Shown in pieces: positions 63,999 through 64,000 of a DNA stretch of 64,000 nt. Position numbers and translations under genes: made by a program. This stretch comes from Candidatus Sericytochromatia bacterium. Lineage in GTDB: Bacteria; Cyanobacteriota; Sericytochromatia; S15B-MN24; JAQBPE01. The stretch spans positions 9,293-73,292 of the forward strand of contig JAYKHR010000060.1 of the NCBI GenBank assembly GCA_035285125.1, written 5' to 3'. Position 1 is the first letter of the stretch, and each line of letters begins with the position of its first letter. The notes beneath the pieces are model-generated. The model was not told the origin of the DNA. It saw nothing but the letters and a program-made list of their open reading frames with translations, and did not search any database.

Positions 63999-64000
63999 CT

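Overview
A 64-kb stretch of a very GC-rich, diderm bacterial chromosome. An SLH-domain porin, an AMIN-like protein, and a lipoprotein with an ISDxGG/ANNGGG repeat tentatively suggest a non-photosynthetic Cyanobacteria relative such as Ca. Sericytochromatia; this is inference only. Most genes are housekeeping or envelope: tamB, an Omp85, mutY, rarA, Nif3-like, miaB, HIT, rnhA, tsaD, ddl, PGI/PMI, an NDP-sugar pyrophosphorylase, ispA, tlyA and nadK. There is also a 1780-aa kinase-AAA-TPR-GAF-GGDEF signalling protein, a MacAB-TolC-type exporter split over two convergent operons, glycosyltransferases and several lipoproteins. I saw no rRNA, tRNA, CRISPR array, transposase or prophage. Main candidates for novelty: (1) a stand-alone secreted peptide gene with three identical Cys/His/Gly-rich cores (40905-41189), followed by an MBL hydrolase and an M50 peptidase; (2) a partner-switching locus (STAS, RsbW-like, SpoIIE-type phosphatase) that encloses a ComQ-like prenyltransferase and a 1228-aa protein with a degenerate zincin-like domain; (3) a 161-bp TA-bounded ERIC-like palindromic element whose stem mismatches are G-U wobbles on one strand; (4) a recurring TTAA-N7-TTAA motif (11-bp period) in several promoter regions. 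Most of the long overlapping ORFs in the track are GC-rich shadow frames.
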